Assembly: GCA_964248365.1 (NCBI GenBank)
Contig: CAXTYC010000020.1
Location: 1-30,389 of the forward strand
Reading direction: 5' to 3'
Length of the DNA: 30,389 nucleotides
From: an uncultured Chroococcidiopsis sp.
GTDB lineage: Bacteria > Cyanobacteriota > Cyanobacteriia > Cyanobacteriales > Chroococcidiopsidaceae
The position numbers and the translations under genes are program-made. Shown here one piece after another: positions 27,666-30,389 of this stretch; the first letter of the stretch is position 1, and each line of letters opens with the position of its first letter. Below the pieces are notes generated by a model. The model worked only from the letters and a program-made list of their open reading frames with translations, was not told the DNA's origin and did not search any database.

Positions 27666-29372
27666 CTAATGGGTAGTTGGTAGTGGGTAGTTGGTAATGG
27701 GTAATTGGTAATTTTCCCCCCTGCCCCTGTGCGCCTCTGCCTTTTTGCTCTTGTGCTCCTCGCGTGGGGCTACGACAGGTAGAGTCCACCATGCGATCGC
27801 GTAGGGCTGAATTGGCTCATTTATTTGTTGACGAAATTGTACGCGGATTTTGTAGTTACCTGGTGTGGGAACAGGGCAGAATATATGTTCGACACTATCT
27901 ACTTGACTAATTGAGGTGCACATAGCGCTGGCTGGTTGGTTAGTTTCAGTGTTGAGCAGGTAGAGATCGAGGTTATTCAAACCGCGATCGCGAAAACTTT
28001 CCCCTACATCAAACTGTCCATTTTTATTAGTATCTCTCAGTTCTACTAACCGATCCCAAGCCAAGGTAATGGCGACAAAACTGCCTTGTTGTAATGGTGA
28101 GGCTAATACATAATCCTGAGCCGAGTCAGCGTTGATTTTATTGTAATCCCAACCTATAGCTGGTATAGTAGCTGATGGTTTCCACTCACCTGCCTTGAAT
28201 TGCTGGTAAGCGCGGAACGCATTTAGCCCACCTGCACCCATTTGGGCGTTTAGTGGTATTTGGGGAGAGCGGTAGGCATCCGAGTTAGTCCAGTCCAGGT
28301 TTTGTTTATCGATGATTGTTTTGCTCATACCCAGCCGCCTTCCATCACCCCTATCTTGCACTTTATCAGCCGAGTTGAGTAGGACAGCTTTCATTACCTG
28401 GTGACGACGAGCATCCAAACTCCAGTTAGATTCTATTCTTGTTTGCCTAAGCGCTGCCCTGCTTAATCGGCGATCGCCGTATTCTTGTAGCAAAGCAACT
28501 GTTGCTGTGACGTGAGGTGCAGCAAAACTCGTACCCGTGACTTTATTCTCTTTGCCATCTGAACTTGTCAAAGTAATGTGTGAACCAGGGGCAACAATAC
28601 TAATAGAACGGCGAGAACCAAGATTCATTTCTCGTCCCTTGAGCAAACCCCCTACACCTCCTGTCGCATCGCTCAAATTAGTAACATCAATCTTGCGAAA
28701 AATGCCTTGCCAGCGAGTGGTAAAAGCTACATTTACACCGTTGTAATTGTCTGTGGGGATGGGAATACCACCTTTACCCTGATTGCCTGCGATCACATAA
28801 AGCACATTATGCACCCGCGCAGACCAATCTATACACCGCGTCAACAAAGACTCACCATCTAAACGAGCATTCGGTCTGGGATCGCGTTTGAGGGTTTCGC
28901 CAAAGCTGAAGTTAATTGCCCGCACATCCCCACCATTTTGCATCGCTACGTGCTGCGCTGATAAACACTCTTCTGGTTGACCGCCAGTTTTGAGCGAACC
29001 AACAGCAGCAGAATAAAGCCTAGCACCTGGAGCAACGCCGTGAAAGCCTTTGCTGTTATTGATCATCACGCTAGCAACATTTTGGGCGTGAGTGTCAACA
29101 TTTGTATTTGGCTTAGCCGGACCATTGCGTAAAAACACACCAGCCAGAGCGAGCGATCCATTCTTGGATGACTTATCTAACCCAAACTGTCCAGGTCGCC
29201 CAATCTCTACCTGACCGATAGCAATCTTGCGACCAATTAAGTTATACAAGACGTGTAGCCGTATAGCGTCAATTCCTGCTGCTCCCACTGATGTAGTTTC
29301 TTGCGCCAAACTCGGAGGAATCAACCCAAAAGTTATTAATCCCCCCGTTATCCATACCAATTTTTTCACCAA
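27666..29372 (-). CDS. S8 family (subtilisin-like) serine peptidase, secreted
   Basis: Signal peptide, DTHAQNVA (His), IAGN and GTSFAAPHV (Ser). GGAGG RBS; start is TTG at 29372 or GTG at 29369. Confidence 0.88.
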   Translation of the reverse strand: MVKKLVWITGGLITFGLIPPSLAQETTSVGAAGIDAIRLHVLYNLIGRKIAIGQVEIGRPGQFGLDKSSKNGSLALAGVFLRNGPAKPNTNVDTHAQNVASVMINNSKGFHGVAPGARLYSAAVGSLKTGGQPEECLSAQHVAMQNGGDVRAINFSFGETLKRDPRPNARLDGESLLTRCIDWSARVHNVLYVIAGNQGKGGIPIPTDNYNGVNVAFTTRWQGIFRKIDVTNLSDATGGVGGLLKGREMNLGSRRSISIVAPGSHITLTSSDGKENKVTGTSFAAPHVTATVALLQEYGDRRLSRAALRQTRIESNWSLDARRHQVMKAVLLNSADKVQDRGDGRRLGMSKTIIDKQNLDWTNSDAYRSPQIPLNAQMGAGGLNAFRAYQQFKAGEWKPSATIPAIGWDYNKINADSAQDYVLASPLQQGSFVAITLAWDRLVELRDTNKNGQFDVGESFRDRGLNNLDLYLLNTETNQPASAMCTSISQVDSVEHIFCPVPTPGNYKIRVQFRQQINEPIQPYAIAWWTLPVVAPREEHKSKKAEAHRGRGENYQLPITNYPLPTTH

Positions 29373-29623
29373 CTTCCTCCAGTTAGTGGAACTAGTGGAA
29401 CCAGTGGAACCAGTGGCTAGGGAAAGGGAAAAGGGACGAGGGAAAAGGTAATTCGTAATTAATTATTCTCCCCCTGTCTCTCTCTCTTTTTCCCCCTTGC
29501 CCCCTTATCCCCAGAGGGGAAAATCGAGTTCCCCCTCTCCCCCTGCTCTTAAAAATTGCTTGGGTGAATGTAAACATTTTGTTAAAATGCTTACAGCACG
29601 CCCGACCAGGAGAATCACTAATC

Positions 29624-30331
29624 ATGACACACACGTCATCCCAAAAACCCATTGTTATCGCTCCATCTATATTATCAGCGGATTTTAGCCGTTTAGGGGA
29701 AGAAATTAAGGCTGTTGATGCAGCTGGAGCCGACTGGATTCACGTTGATGTCATGGACGGTCGATTCGTACCTAATATTACGATTGGTCCACTGATTGTA
29801 GAGGCAATTCGTCCGGTTACTCAAAAGCCTCTAGATGTCCACCTAATGATTGTGGAACCAGAAAAGTATGTAGAGGATTTTGCCAAAGCGGGTGCAGATC
29901 ATATTTATGTTCATGTAGAACATAACGCCTCGCCCCACCTCCACCGCACCCTTGGTCAAATTAAGGAACTAGGGAAAAAGGCTGGTGCTGTACTCAATCC
30001 TTCCACACCATTAGATTTTCTTGAGTACGTACTGGAACTGTGTGACCTAGTACTGATTATGAGTGTGAACCCAGGCTTTGGCGGTCAGAGCTTCATTCCC
30101 GCTGTGTTGCCTAAAATTCGCAAATTACGTCAAATGTGTGATGAGCGCGGTCTTGATCCCTGGATTGAAGTAGATGGCGGGTTAAAAGCAAATAATACCT
30201 GGCAAGTGATAGAAGCTGGAGCTAATGCCATTGTCGCTGGTTCGGCAGTGTTTAAGGCTAAGGACTATGCAGAGGCGATTGAAGGCATTCGCAACAGTAA
30301 GCGTCCAGCTCCTGAATTGGCTACTGTCTAA
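29624..30331 (+). CDS. rpe: Ribulose-phosphate 3-epimerase
   Basis: [32 protein letters not shown] and EVDGG motifs. AGGAG RBS before ATG 29624. Confidence 0.97.
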   Translation: MTHTSSQKPIVIAPSILSADFSRLGEEIKAVDAAGADWIHVDVMDGRFVPNITIGPLIVEAIRPVTQKPLDVHLMIVEPEKYVEDFAKAGADHIYVHVEHNASPHLHRTLGQIKELGKKAGAVLNPSTPLDFLEYVLELCDLVLIMSVNPGFGGQSFIPAVLPKIRKLRQMCDERGLDPWIEVDGGLKANNTWQVIEAGANAIVAGSAVFKAKDYAEAIEGIRNSKRPAPELATV

Positions 30332-30334
30332 ATG

Positions 30335-30389
30335 AGGGGCTAGGGGCTAGGGGCTAGGGAAAGGGAAAAGGGGAAAGGGAAGAGGGAAA
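30335..30389. repeat. STRR heptamer tracts (GGGGCTA, GGGAAAA)
   Basis: Tandem 7-mers after the rpe stop. Confidence 0.85.

Noticed and set aside
29392..29688. Short ORFs between the S8 protease and rpe
   Set aside because: Translations of STRR tracts and the rpe leader.

Overview
Cyanobacterial chromosomal window, judged from dense HIP1 GCGATCGC sites, heptamer STRR tracts and cyanobacterial gene families (probably Nostocales or Chroococcidiopsidales-like). Most of it is housekeeping: nucleoside deaminase and hydrolase, rsmE, sir, CDF transporter, crtH, upp, yggT, aroE, pdhC, aas, SLH-OprB porin, glcP, S8 protease and rpe. The iron-stress sRNA IsaR1 with tandem Fur boxes lies between crtH and upp. 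The most notable items are: (1) a small accessory island (~9.4-11.6 kb) with a canonical integron attC site right behind a membrane-protein gene, flanked by two decayed toxin-antitoxin pairs and with no integrase in the window; (2) a sulfite reductase with a C-terminal ribbon-helix-helix-like tail and an imperfect palindrome upstream; (3) a probable IS1-family end interrupting a glycosyltransferase-like 3' end at the left edge; (4) several tiny repeats that have rewritten coding sequences (a HIP1-site insertion, STRR tracts in aas and the S8 protease). All family assignments come from motif recognition by eye, with no database searches.
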